From positions 6,790 to 70,789 of the forward strand of contig CAUQHW010000004.1 of NCBI GenBank assembly GCA_963518125.1: a stretch of 64,000 bases of DNA, in the 5' to 3' direction. Both the position numbers and the translations under genes were made by a program. Shown here piece after piece: positions 39,994-49,504 of this stretch; within the stretch, counting starts at the first letter, position 1; each line of letters opens with the position of its first letter. This DNA comes from an uncultured Candidatus Saccharibacteria bacterium (GTDB lineage Bacteria; Patescibacteriota; Saccharimonadia; Saccharimonadales; Saccharimonadaceae). Under the pieces are notes generated by a model. The model was given only the letters and a program-made list of their open reading frames with translations, ran no database searches and was not told where the DNA came from.

Positions 39994-40731
39994 ATGAAGC
40001 GGTGGCAATCCGGGTTTACAATCGTTGAAGTGGTGTTGTTCTTGGCGATCACTGGCTTGTTGACCGTTGGCTTGTTAGCTGGCGTGAGTGCTGCACTGCG
40101 CCAACAACAATACCATGACGCTGTTCAATCGTTCGCCGGCTTTATTCGTGATCAGTATAGCCGAGTGATTAGTATCGAGAATGATCGGGGCGATCGCGAC
40201 ACGTGTCCTGTTAAGGGTGCAACAAACGACGGAGCTCGGGGCCAGTCGAATTGCGTTGTCGTTGGTCGTTATATCAAGTCAACGAATTCCGAGGCACGTT
40301 CATTTACCGCCTATCCGCTGTACGCTCTGAAACGCTCGGGAGTGTGGACGTATAGTTACAGTGAGAGTGAGGCAAATACCTATACGGTTGGCTGGGGTGC
40401 GCAGGTACGCTCGCTCACGGCAACCAATACCATTGGTAGAGAACTGGCTTTATTAATATACCGCGATCCAGATAGCGGGCAGGTTATCGTACGCACGAAT
40501 GATGCGCCGTATTCACCAGCTAATATTAATAATTTTATTCGCAATATGCAGCCGAATGGCAGTATGTATACGGCCGATTTACAGCTGCGGCAGCGAGAGT
40601 TTTGTATCTATGATACTGGCTGGTCAGTTGGCCAGAGGCTGTCAGTCTTTCTGGGGGCAAAGGCCGGCTCAAGCGAGGCAGTGACGGTCGGTCATGCGAC
40701 AAAGGGGTGCGATAATGAAGCGACGGCATAG
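39994..40731 (+). CDS. Minor pilin (FimT/FimU-like position)
   Basis: G|FTIVEVVLFLAITG. Confidence 0.85.
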   Translation: MKRWQSGFTIVEVVLFLAITGLLTVGLLAGVSAALRQQQYHDAVQSFAGFIRDQYSRVISIENDRGDRDTCPVKGATNDGARGQSNCVVVGRYIKSTNSEARSFTAYPLYALKRSGVWTYSYSESEANTYTVGWGAQVRSLTATNTIGRELALLIYRDPDSGQVIVRTNDAPYSPANINNFIRNMQPNGSMYTADLQLRQREFCIYDTGWSVGQRLSVFLGAKAGSSEAVTVGHATKGCDNEATA

Positions 40732-41275
40732 CGCGCGGGGCGACACGATCATTGAAGTGGTAATGGCGGTAGCAATGTTTAGCATGCTGGCGATCGGTAT
40801 CATGGCACTCATGAACAGCGGTATTGCTATGGCGCAGCGATCATTAGAGTTGACGCTTGTGCGGCAACAGATTGATAGTCAAGCAGAAATGCTGCGCTAC
40901 ATTCACGACAAGTCGTCTCAGGCCGGCAGCTCATTTGCTACCCTCTGGGACGCAATGAAAGGTCGGACCATTGACCACGCCAATTCGCTACTGAATGTTA
41001 ATCGATGTCCAGAGGCAATGCCGAGTGGGGGATTTGCACTAGCGCCCAGCAAAAATACCTTTCAGTTGATTACTAATAAGTATGAATTATCGCCGACATA
41101 TGCCAAGATTTCAACTGCCCGAAATCCAATTTCTTTAGGTATTTCAATTCAGCTGGTGCGTGTTGAAGGTGGCCGCGCCTATGATGCGTACATTCAGGCC
41201 TGCTGGATGAGTGTGGGGACTGATCGGCCAATGACCACGGGGACGATTGTGAGGATGTATGACACAGCGGTATAG
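40715..41275 (+). CDS. Minor pilin (PilV-like) with atypical G|DTIIE site
   Basis: RG|DTIIEVVMAVAMF hydrophobic helix with Glu5. Confidence 0.8.
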   Translation: MKRRHSARGDTIIEVVMAVAMFSMLAIGIMALMNSGIAMAQRSLELTLVRQQIDSQAEMLRYIHDKSSQAGSSFATLWDAMKGRTIDHANSLLNVNRCPEAMPSGGFALAPSKNTFQLITNKYELSPTYAKISTARNPISLGISIQLVRVEGGRAYDAYIQACWMSVGTDRPMTTGTIVRMYDTAV

Positions 41276-41993
41276 ACGATACGGGTTTACCTTGATTGAA
41301 CTGATGCTGGCGATGGCATTTGTGTCGGTGTTGCTGCTGGCGATTGCTACGATAGCAATCCAGGCTGGCAAGCTGTATAATCGAGGTCTCACGCTCAAAA
41401 GTATCAATCAGTCCGGCCGCGAAATTAGCGATAGCTTGCGGCGCGACTTTTTGCAGGCTAATGCCGGCAAGATAAGTGGTAATGCTAGTTCGGCCGTTGT
41501 CATGGTGCAGGCGGGTGGCGCTGATCGGAGTGGCCGACTCTGCCTCGGTGACTATTCATATGTCTGGAATGTGCCAAAAGTTGTCTCTGGAGAAGTGAAG
41601 GCCGGTGCGGGTATTATTACCGAAGTTGGCGGGCCGCATTCTGGTCGTCCGATTAATTTTGCTCGAGTGATTGACCCAGATGGCATGCTGTGCCAAAAAA
41701 ATGAAACAACGGGGGCGTATATGTCAACGGTCGCGACGGATAAAGTGACGCATCTTCTCAAGCCAGCCGGGTCGAATGATGTGGTGCTGGCAATTCATCA
41801 AATGAAGGCAGCGCGAGTGGCGGGTGATAGCGGGGCAGACAGTCTGTATCGTTTGGAATTTGTCCTTGGAACCAGTCAGCTTGAGGCGGTCAATACAGCT
41901 AACGGTACCTGTAAGCCACCGGCGGATAACAGTGAGAATCTCGACTTTTGCGCAATAAATAGCTTTGAGATGATTGTGAGGACAAATGGATAA
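41259..41993 (+). CDS. Minor pilin (PilW-like)
   Basis: G|FTLIELMLAMAF. Confidence 0.85.
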   Translation: MTQRYRRYGFTLIELMLAMAFVSVLLLAIATIAIQAGKLYNRGLTLKSINQSGREISDSLRRDFLQANAGKISGNASSAVVMVQAGGADRSGRLCLGDYSYVWNVPKVVSGEVKAGAGIITEVGGPHSGRPINFARVIDPDGMLCQKNETTGAYMSTVATDKVTHLLKPAGSNDVVLAIHQMKAARVAGDSGADSLYRLEFVLGTSQLEAVNTANGTCKPPADNSENLDFCAINSFEMIVRTNG

Positions 41994-43140
41994 AATAGCG
42001 AGAAATAATCAATTAGGCGCGGTGTCGTTATTTGCAGTGATTTTTGCGACACTGTTACTAACGGTTTTGATGCTCGGCTTCATGCGGCTCATAATGGTTG
42101 ATCAGCGACAAGCCCTGAACAATGAGCTGTCACAAAGTGCGTACGATGCGGCCCTGTCCGGTGTTGAAGACGCCAAGCGAGTCGTGCGTGCCTGCCAAAA
42201 AGGAGATAACGGTGGCAAGGCCTGTGAGCAGTTACGACTGCCTAATGATTGCAAAGTAGTCGCACGCGCAGGTGTCGCTGGCAATGTGGCCGCTAACGAG
42301 ACGCTGATTCAGTCGCGTCGCTCAGGGGATGGTAAAGAGTTCAACCAAGCCTATACCTGTGTCAATATTACGATGGATACGGAAGATTTCCTGGTAAGCA
42401 TACCTGAAGGATCATCTCGTCTCGTACCACTGAAAGCCAAAGCTGAATTTAATAAAATTGTCTTCGAGTGGTTTACTAAAGAGGATGCGAATGGTAACGT
42501 GGCTGCTGGACGAGTAAAAAATGCTGCCTCGGCGTCAACCTCGCTGCCAGCGTACAGTGACTGGGATGAGTCGCCGTCTCGTCCCGCACCCGCGCTATTA
42601 CGCACTCAGATGATTTTTCCAGGCGATACATTCGACCTCGCTAGTCTTGATAGCTCTCGTGTTGCGACGATGTTCCTTTATCCACGGACGCTGAGTGTTC
42701 CCGGGCCGACGAACGGAGGTGTATCGGCAATTAATCTACCGCGAGCGGGCGGCGGTGGGCAATTTAACAATGCTCCGACACCGGTGAGCTGTTCCCCGGA
42801 TTTTGCTAATAGTGGCTATTCGTGCCGAGCCACAATTGATATATCACCTGTTACGGCCGCCGCCAGTGTCAATTCATTCTTGCGTTTGACGCCGCTATAT
42901 CGTATGTCACACGTGCGAATTGCCCTATATAATGGTGCAGAACCGGTCAAGTTTGATGGTGTTCAGCCGGCGGTCGATGCGACTGGTCGTGCCAGTAATG
43001 TGTTTCGACGGGTTGAGGCGCGTCTCCAGATAGGTGACGATTTCCCGTATCCTGAAAATGCTATTGACCTTGAGAACAGCCTCTGTAAAGACTTTTCGGT
43101 GACCGAAGGCAGCGTAACGCCGGGTAACTGTCGGCCGTAG
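41986..43140 (+). CDS. Minor pilin PilX-like
   Basis: G|AVSL without Glu5, SQSAYDAALSGVEDA PilX N-terminal pattern. Confidence 0.8.
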   Translation: MDKIARNNQLGAVSLFAVIFATLLLTVLMLGFMRLIMVDQRQALNNELSQSAYDAALSGVEDAKRVVRACQKGDNGGKACEQLRLPNDCKVVARAGVAGNVAANETLIQSRRSGDGKEFNQAYTCVNITMDTEDFLVSIPEGSSRLVPLKAKAEFNKIVFEWFTKEDANGNVAAGRVKNAASASTSLPAYSDWDESPSRPAPALLRTQMIFPGDTFDLASLDSSRVATMFLYPRTLSVPGPTNGGVSAINLPRAGGGGQFNNAPTPVSCSPDFANSGYSCRATIDISPVTAAASVNSFLRLTPLYRMSHVRIALYNGAEPVKFDGVQPAVDATGRASNVFRRVEARLQIGDDFPYPENAIDLENSLCKDFSVTEGSVTPGNCRP

Positions 43141-43152
43141 TGTCTTAGGGAC

Positions 43153-44073
43153 CTATCTCGTATCACTGTGAAAGCGTTCGTGGACGTCTTTGAGGTGCTG
43201 GTCGGTGACGTGTGTGTAAATCTGGGTCGTGGCGATATTGCTATGACCAAGCATCGATTGTACCGCCCGTAGGTCCGCTCCATTCATCAGAAGGTCGGTG
43301 GCAAAGCTATGACGCATAGTGTGCGGGCTAACGTGCTTGGTGATGCCAGCAAGTCGGGCATAGTGCGATACCATCCGCTGGATCGAGCGAGCACTCAGCC
43401 GACGATAATCGCCAGAGACTGATGGCTTTGCTAGGCGCCTGCTATAGCTGATGAATAGAGCCGGCAGGTTGTCATGCCGCGCGTCAAGGTAATTTTTGAC
43501 GTGCTCGGCAGCGGACATTGAGACAAATACGGGCCGGTCTTTCTGGCCCTTGCCGCGCACCATAAACTCGCGTCGAGCGAGATTGATGTGGTCACGGTTC
43601 AAGCTGACAAGCTCCGACACGCGCAGCCCGCTCGAAAACAAAAGCTCAATGATTGCTCGGTCGCGAAGACCCGGTTCATTGTCCAGGGGGATCTGCTCAA
43701 TTAGTCGTACCACCTCGTCGTAGTGAAGGAATGTGACTTGTTTGCGAACGGTTTTTGGTAGGGTAATCTTGTCGGCGGCTAGCGAAGAGATATCCCGTTG
43801 TGATAAATACGTCAATAATCCTCGTAGGGCGATCAAGTGATAATTTTGTGTAATTAACAACAATTCTTCACCGGTGTTGCTATTTTTATAACGGTTTAGC
43901 CAGAGGCGATACTTACGAATTGTCTCTGATGTTATTTTTGCAACATCAATATCACCAGCAAAATCAATGAAGCGTTCAAGGTATAATTTGTAGTTCTCAA
44001 TGGTGCGAGGACTACGGCCACCCTCAACTTCTAGGTGCTCCAGGAAATCTGCTAATGCTTCGGAGAAATACAT
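43153..44073 (-). CDS. XerC/XerD-family tyrosine recombinase
   Basis: RDRAIIELLFSSGLRVSEL, GKG.K.R, HTMRHSFAT, LGH..IATTQIYT. Confidence 0.93.
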   Translation of the reverse strand: MYFSEALADFLEHLEVEGGRSPRTIENYKLYLERFIDFAGDIDVAKITSETIRKYRLWLNRYKNSNTGEELLLITQNYHLIALRGLLTYLSQRDISSLAADKITLPKTVRKQVTFLHYDEVVRLIEQIPLDNEPGLRDRAIIELLFSSGLRVSELVSLNRDHINLARREFMVRGKGQKDRPVFVSMSAAEHVKNYLDARHDNLPALFISYSRRLAKPSVSGDYRRLSARSIQRMVSHYARLAGITKHVSPHTMRHSFATDLLMNGADLRAVQSMLGHSNIATTQIYTHVTDQHLKDVHERFHSDTR

Positions 44074-44156
44074 AGTTTAATTTTAACAACATCTATACCG
44101 TTTATCAAATGAATACTTTTTGCTATGATGAAGAAAATAATATACGAAGGAGGCGT

Positions 44157-44684
44157 ATGGCTGAGTCAAAAAAGAAGAATATGTGTGGCATTGAGCGAAC
44201 ACTGATTGTGTTCAAGCCTGATGCAGTACAGCGGGGAATCGTCGGTGAAATCTTGCAGCGATTTGAGCGCGTTGGCCTCAAGATTATCGGTGTCAAGATG
44301 GTGGCCCCGGGTCGTGAGCATTACTTTGCGCACTATGAAACGATTGGCAAGATGGTAACACGTCGTGGTGAAGAAATCTTTGGGATGACGCTTGATATGA
44401 TGATGGACGGGCCAGTTATCGCTATGGTCCTTGAGGGGGTTGAGGCGGTCGCCGTGGTGCGTAAAATTGTCGGCCCAACTGAACCGAAATCTGCCGACAT
44501 GGGTACGATTCGTGGTGACTATTCACATGTTAGCTTTGGCTATGCTAACGAATGTCGGAAGGGCGTGCCAAACCTGATCCATGCGTCGGGTGATCCTGAC
44601 GAGGCAGAGCAGGAAGTCGCTCACTGGTTTAAGCCCGAAGAATTGATGGACTATGTTACATTAAACGAAAAGTTTACTCGATAG
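44157..44684 (+). CDS. ndk: Nucleoside diphosphate kinase
   Basis: ERTLIVFKPD, GTIRGD, NLIHAS; AGGAGG RBS. Confidence 0.95.
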   Translation: MAESKKKNMCGIERTLIVFKPDAVQRGIVGEILQRFERVGLKIIGVKMVAPGREHYFAHYETIGKMVTRRGEEIFGMTLDMMMDGPVIAMVLEGVEAVAVVRKIVGPTEPKSADMGTIRGDYSHVSFGYANECRKGVPNLIHASGDPDEAEQEVAHWFKPEELMDYVTLNEKFTR

Positions 44685-44698
44685 CATTCTCGTCACTC

Positions 44699-44735
44699 AA
44701 AACTACCCGTGCTATAATTGACACGGGTAGTTTTT
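44699..44735 (+). terminator. Intrinsic terminator after ndk
   Basis: AAAACTACCCGTG-loop-CACGGGTAGTTTTT. Confidence 0.8.
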
Positions 44736-44741
44736 GTGTAT

Positions 44742-44818
44742 GCCTCGGTAGCTCAACTGGATAGAGCAGATCCGTCCTAAGGATAAGGTTGCAGGTTCGA
44801 CTCCTGCCCGGGGTACCA
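44742..44818 (+). tRNA. tRNA-Arg(CCT)
   Basis: Cloverleaf, anticodon loop GTCCTAA, GGTTCGACTCC T-arm, encoded CCA. Confidence 0.93.
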
Positions 44819-44825
44819 AAGCATT

Positions 44826-45359
44826 ATGACGAAGAAAGCCAAATCAACCAAAGCATTTGATGGTCAGCGCGATGGCGAGGAGCTGTTGTTCGTGTTTCGT
44901 CGGCATATTATTGCCATGCGCAAGGGTTTTTACTTACTGCTCGTTCCGATGACGATTGGCGCGCTACCATATCTTATCTGGCAGGATAATCTCAATCTTT
45001 TATGGGTATTTCTTGGTAGCTTTGTTTTTGGACTCGTTCTGTTTGGTTATCATTTTTTGATGTGGTTTTATACGTATTACATTGTGACAAATCAGCGACT
45101 TCGCCAGATAACGCAGCATGGTTTTTTTGGTAAGGATGTAATTGAACTTAAGCTAGCGAAAGTCCAGAATATCAGCTACGTTGTGCCTGGTTTTACGGGC
45201 GAAATGTTCAAATTTGGTACAATAGTTATTCAGACGTTTGTTGGTGATCTTGTCATCAAAAACGTTGAACATCCAGATAAGATTTATAATAAGCTGCAAG
45301 ATGCGGTGGATCTCGCCGCTGAAAGGAGTGATCGTGCTAAAGAAAACAACGAAGGGTAA
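44826..45359 (+). CDS. Membrane protein with bacterial PH domain
   Basis: Two TMs followed by YIVTNQR...KVQNI...FGTIVIQT. Confidence 0.75.
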   Translation: MTKKAKSTKAFDGQRDGEELLFVFRRHIIAMRKGFYLLLVPMTIGALPYLIWQDNLNLLWVFLGSFVFGLVLFGYHFLMWFYTYYIVTNQRLRQITQHGFFGKDVIELKLAKVQNISYVVPGFTGEMFKFGTIVIQTFVGDLVIKNVEHPDKIYNKLQDAVDLAAERSDRAKENNEG

Positions 45360-46362
45360 AAAAAAGGACAAGCGTTCACTGCCGTCACGGATTACCAATG
45401 ACACGGTCGCGGAGCATCGCGAAAAGGTGCTGGCTGGGGGGCGTAAACACAAATATCCGATACAGTACTCCAAGCATAAGCTAGTCTGGAACACGATTTT
45501 TATTAGCATAGCCGGGCTTGTGACGGTGATTGTTCTGTTATATCTTCAGCTCTATGTTTGGAAGGACACAAGCGATTTAGCATATCGTATTACCAAAATT
45601 TTGCCGCTACCGGCTGGTTCAGTTGAAGGGGAATTTGTGCGCTATAGTGATTATTTACTATATAACCGCGGTAATATGGCGGTGCTTAAGACTCAGGGTC
45701 AAGATCAGGCGGGTGATAAAGTTGCTTTTCAGCGGCAGCGGGCCATGAACCAAGCGGTGCAGGATGCATATGTGCGCAAGTTAGCGAGAGAAAGGGGTAT
45801 ATCAGTTGATGATCGAAAAGTTGATGAAGAGATGGACCGCCAGCAAAAGGATGCCGGCCTGTCAAAAGAAGCCTATCGTTCGGCGGTAAAAGATATGATT
45901 GGCTGGTCGCTTGATGAGGCGCGTGATGGTATCAGGGCATCGCTGCTGCGCTGGGAGGTATCGTTTGCTGTTGATGAAGCGGCGGCCAATCTTGTTAAGG
46001 AAGTCGAAGCGCAGCTCAAGGCCGGTAAATCGTTGACCGATGTCGCAGCGGCGTTAGGTGAACGAGTACAATTAATGCCGGAGACGGTTGTTCCGAAGAC
46101 CAACAAAGATGGTGGCTTGACCGAGGCGGCGATTAGAACCGCAGATGGCACGATCTCTGGGGTTATTAAGCCGCTCGGTGGCGATGGCTACTACTTTGTT
46201 CAGCCACGCTCGCGAGACGATAGTTCGGTCACTTATTCATATCTCAAGATTCCACTGACGACGTTCAAAACTAATTTTGATAAGTTGATCAATGGTAAAA
46301 AAGTCACTTACTATGTCCATCTTGACCAGCCGGCTGAACAAAAGTCAAGTGAGCAGAAATAG
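45334..46362 (+). CDS. SurA/PrsA-like membrane-anchored foldase
   Basis: TM, LPAG.V.G, SurA-N-like helices (LARERGISV); AAGGAG RBS before GTG 45334. Confidence 0.65.
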   Translation: MLKKTTKGKKKDKRSLPSRITNDTVAEHREKVLAGGRKHKYPIQYSKHKLVWNTIFISIAGLVTVIVLLYLQLYVWKDTSDLAYRITKILPLPAGSVEGEFVRYSDYLLYNRGNMAVLKTQGQDQAGDKVAFQRQRAMNQAVQDAYVRKLARERGISVDDRKVDEEMDRQQKDAGLSKEAYRSAVKDMIGWSLDEARDGIRASLLRWEVSFAVDEAAANLVKEVEAQLKAGKSLTDVAAALGERVQLMPETVVPKTNKDGGLTEAAIRTADGTISGVIKPLGGDGYYFVQPRSRDDSSVTYSYLKIPLTTFKTNFDKLINGKKVTYYVHLDQPAEQKSSEQK

Positions 46363-46428
46363 CCTTCTGTTATCCATTGTCATCTTTGCGAAAGCCTTGC
46401 CCATCTGCTATAATCCTTGGGGAGGCAT

Positions 46429-46504
46429 GCCGCTGTAGCTCAGTTGGTAGAGCGGCGCTTTCGTAAAGCGTAGGTCACCGGTTCGAATCCGGTCAGCGGC
46501 TCCA
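46429..46504 (+). tRNA. tRNA-Thr(CGT)
   Basis: Cloverleaf, anticodon loop TTCGTAA, GGTTCGAATCC, ends TCCA. Confidence 0.95.
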
Positions 46505-46511
46505 GAGTAAT

Positions 46512-46889
46512 ATGAAGAAGCATATCACAAGCACATTACGACAGATGATGAAAGATCGCTGGCTGTTTGGTCTCGTCGTTGCTAATGTCTTGTTGGCATT
46601 AGTAATCATTATCTCCTTTGCTATTACTATTAAACCCAAGGAAACTCAGGTCATTGTTCAGCACAGTGCGTTTAGTGTGACGGGGCTGTATCGCGGTCAC
46701 TGGTATTCACTCTGGGCGTACGGCGTGCTGCAGCTTATGATTACGGTTGGGCACATTATGTTGAGTGCCAAGCTTGCTGCGGCCCAGCGTCGTGATTTAG
46801 CATTGGCGTTCCTTTGGTTCACAATTGCTATATCAGTTATGCTAGCACTGTTTGCCTACTCAATAATCGTAATTGCGTCGGTGGTGTAG
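46512..46889 (+). CDS. Hypothetical membrane protein (about 3 TM)
   Basis: 125-aa hydrophobic ORF. Confidence 0.7.
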   Translation: MKKHITSTLRQMMKDRWLFGLVVANVLLALVIIISFAITIKPKETQVIVQHSAFSVTGLYRGHWYSLWAYGVLQLMITVGHIMLSAKLAAAQRRDLALAFLWFTIAISVMLALFAYSIIVIASVV

Positions 46890-46893
46890 GGTT

Positions 46894-48576
46894 ATGGATA
46901 TAGAGATACCACTTGGTAAACGAAAGCCATTCTATCGATTCTTGGAGGTTCTGCCGGGTCTGTTGAGCTATGGCGCAGTTATTCTTCTTGTCGTGCTGTC
47001 GATATTTAGCCCGCTGGTCGCGTCGCTCTATCTGCTCATCATTATTCTGTCGATGATGGTGCGCGTTGTCGGTATCACGTATCATATGGTTGCTGGCCGC
47101 GCCAAAATGGATAAAGCGAGTCTGATTGATTGGCATGCGCGTCTTGAAGATCTTGAAGACGCACAGGCGGTATATGCACATATTCGCGACCAACGACATA
47201 AGGAGGTTGGTTTTGCGCAGCATAAAGAGAACTTACGCCTCATCGCTTCCGCGCAGCCAGGGTTTTTCCCGAAGCCGTCAGAAATTTATAACGCAGTTAT
47301 CATGCCCGCCTATAATGAGAGTATTGAGGTAATTGAACCAGCCATTCAATCGGTAATTGCCACTACGTACGACAAAAAACATATGATTATGGTGTTTGCG
47401 TATGAGGAGCGGGGCGGTAAGGATATCGACACAACCGCCAAGACACTACAAAAACGCTATGGCAAGTATTTTCACGCCTTTCACATTGTCAAGCACCCAA
47501 AAGACATTCCAAATGAAGTGATCGGCAAGGGTGGCAATATTACGCATGCCGGGCGCTGGCTGAAGGGGTGGCTCAAGGAGCAGCATATTCCGTATAGTAA
47601 CGTTATTGTTACGACGATGGATTGTGACAACAAGCCACATGAAACCTACTTTGATTACCTGACATACGAATATATCGTCCGCGAGGACCGTAAGCACTAC
47701 TCATATCAACCAGTGTGTCTATTCACTAGTAACATCTGGGACGTACCGGCGCCGATGCGTGTGGTCGCGACGGGTAACTCATTTTGGAATATTATTAGCT
47801 CAATGCGCCCTCATTCGCTACGTAATTTTGCTTCACATGCTCAGCCGATGGATGCGCTCATTGAGATGGACTTCTGGAGTGTTCGAACGATCGTCGAAGA
47901 TGGCCATCAGTATTGGCGCAGTTATTTCTATTTTGGTGGTAACTACGGGGTCGTGCCGCTCCATGTACCGATTTATCAAGACGCAGTATTGTCAGCCACG
48001 TATATGAAAACGCTCAAAGCGCAGTTTATTCAGCTTCGTCGCTGGGCGTATGGAGCATCTGATATCGCGTATGTTGGCGAACGGGTCTTTACCAAGCAGC
48101 GTAATGTACCATTTTGGGCTGGCTTTTCGCGATTTGTCAGGTTGCTTGATGGACACGTGACGTTAGCCTGTGTTTCAATTCTGATCGCTTTCGGTGGCTG
48201 GGTACCACTTATCATTAATGCCGAGGCCGCCCGTAGTGTCGCCGCGCATCAATTGCCTGATACGGTGAGCACGCTGCAGCAAATTGCGCTAATTGGTATG
48301 GCGATAGCGATTTTTAGTGCCTTCAAGCTTTTACCGTCACGTCCAATTCGCTACACACGCCGCCGGAATATCTGGATGCTCTTGCAGTGGGTGCTGATGC
48401 CAGTGACGGCCATTGTCTATAGCTCCGCCGCAGCATTCACTGCACAGACCCGTCTGTTAGTTGGGCGGTATCTTGATAAGTTTGACGTCACCGAAAAAGC
48501 CACAGCGGCGATTAATGCTCGCCAGAAAGCGACTGCACGTAAACGGTCGAAGGCCTCCCGCGTCGCCGAGAAGTGA
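46894..48576 (+). CDS. Membrane glycosyltransferase family 2 (processive-type)
   Basis: PAYNES, GKGGN, DCD, VEDG, QLRRW motifs and flanking TMs. Confidence 0.88.
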   Translation: MDIEIPLGKRKPFYRFLEVLPGLLSYGAVILLVVLSIFSPLVASLYLLIIILSMMVRVVGITYHMVAGRAKMDKASLIDWHARLEDLEDAQAVYAHIRDQRHKEVGFAQHKENLRLIASAQPGFFPKPSEIYNAVIMPAYNESIEVIEPAIQSVIATTYDKKHMIMVFAYEERGGKDIDTTAKTLQKRYGKYFHAFHIVKHPKDIPNEVIGKGGNITHAGRWLKGWLKEQHIPYSNVIVTTMDCDNKPHETYFDYLTYEYIVREDRKHYSYQPVCLFTSNIWDVPAPMRVVATGNSFWNIISSMRPHSLRNFASHAQPMDALIEMDFWSVRTIVEDGHQYWRSYFYFGGNYGVVPLHVPIYQDAVLSATYMKTLKAQFIQLRRWAYGASDIAYVGERVFTKQRNVPFWAGFSRFVRLLDGHVTLACVSILIAFGGWVPLIINAEAARSVAAHQLPDTVSTLQQIALIGMAIAIFSAFKLLPSRPIRYTRRRNIWMLLQWVLMPVTAIVYSSAAAFTAQTRLLVGRYLDKFDVTEKATAAINARQKATARKRSKASRVAEK

Positions 48577-48976
48577 TGAGTCGGTGCTGGGCGGCGTACT
48601 GGAGTGCTGCTACTGGGTCGTAACGTTGGAGGACTATGTGCGTTATTTGAGCGATGACTTGCGTAGATAGCGGCTTATCTTGCTTGATAATCTGTTCCTG
48701 CACAGTTTGTGCAAGGAAGTAGCTATTATGTGCCGCAACATGCTTATTATGCTGAAAACTACGACTAATGCTTATGATGAGCTTTCCTAGATTGAAAGGG
48801 GTGGTTAACCCGTCGTGTGTTAGCACCATGTGCCCGTCTAGCGTAGCCCGTTCGTATGTCGTAAAGACTGCGCCACATTCTGGACAGGCCCGTCGCCGCC
48901 AGACGCTGGGGTGTTTCGTGTGCTTGCGGGAGTTTTTGGTAGTAGTTTTATCGTGAAAACAATTTATACAAATCAT
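48512..48976 (-). CDS. nrdR: Transcriptional repressor NrdR-like
   Basis: CINC..NSR..RRRACPECG..FTTYE zinc ribbon plus ATP-cone-like region. Confidence 0.85.
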   Translation of the reverse strand: MICINCFHDKTTTKNSRKHTKHPSVWRRRACPECGAVFTTYERATLDGHMVLTHDGLTTPFNLGKLIISISRSFQHNKHVAAHNSYFLAQTVQEQIIKQDKPLSTQVIAQITHIVLQRYDPVAALQYAAQHRLITSRRRGRPSTVYVQSLSGEH

Positions 48977-49050
48977 ATCAATATATTGACATATCGCTAT
49001 AAAAAATACTAGTGGAAAAGTATATGAAAATGTGTAAAATAGAAAAAAAC

Positions 49051-49076
49051 TAAAAACCCTCCGCACCGCGAGGGTT
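49051..49076 (-). terminator. Terminator downstream of tRNA-Val
   Basis: Minus strand AACCCTCGCGGTGCGGAGGGTTTTT. Confidence 0.7.
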
Positions 49077-49087
49077 GTATGCAATGA

Positions 49088-49164
49088 TGGTGGGCAATAG
49101 AGGATTCGAACCTCTCACCTCTTCAACGTCAATGAAGCGCTCTAGCCAAATGAGCTAATCGCCC
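49088..49164 (-). tRNA. tRNA-Val(GAC)
   Basis: Reverse complement GGGCGATTAGCTCA...TTGACGT...GGTTCGAATCC...ACCA. Confidence 0.95.
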
Positions 49165-49330
49165 GACTATTACCAATAATAGCAGGAATTAGTGGTGAAT
49201 GCAATTACCTCTTGCGGAGAGTGTAGGGGCTGGCCGTCACGTCGTTTCTTGGTGTAGTATTACGGATCCGCTACCTAGTCTATGCGTCGTAAGGGTTGCC
49301 CGGAACTTTTAACTATGCTACGGTGAGAGT

Positions 49331-49482
49331 AGCGAAGACAGAGACTAACCACCTCTCGAGCAACGTGAAAGCGGTTGCGGCGCACGGAAACCAGCCGGAG
49401 CAAGAGTCATCGCCAAGGTGGAACCTCCTGGCTTGTCCCCAGGACCGAGGCACGCACGCTATATGCGTTGGGCGTGCTTTTA
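49331..49482 (+). promoter_or_regulatory. Probable T-box riboswitch (Thr specifier) in the thrS leader
   Basis: GG-TGGAACC-TCCTGG..CCAGGA-CC antiterminator (T-box 49417-49425), downstream terminator 49447-49481, ACC codon in a short 5' hairpin. Confidence 0.65.
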
Positions 49483-49504
49483 TAATTACTTTAAAGGAGG
49501 TTTT

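Noticed and set aside
43153..44073. Tyrosine recombinase as a mobile-element integrase for the pilus cluster
   Set aside because: Size and motifs match housekeeping XerC/D; no att duplication seen at nearby tRNA-Arg
48512..48576. 65-nt convergent overlap of the GT2 gene and nrdR as antisense regulation
   Set aside because: Both overlapping tails are low-complexity; short convergent overlaps are common in compact genomes
49418..49504. N-terminal extension of ThrS given in the ORF track
   Set aside because: Overlaps the T-box and terminator; a strong AAGGAGG precedes ATG 49505
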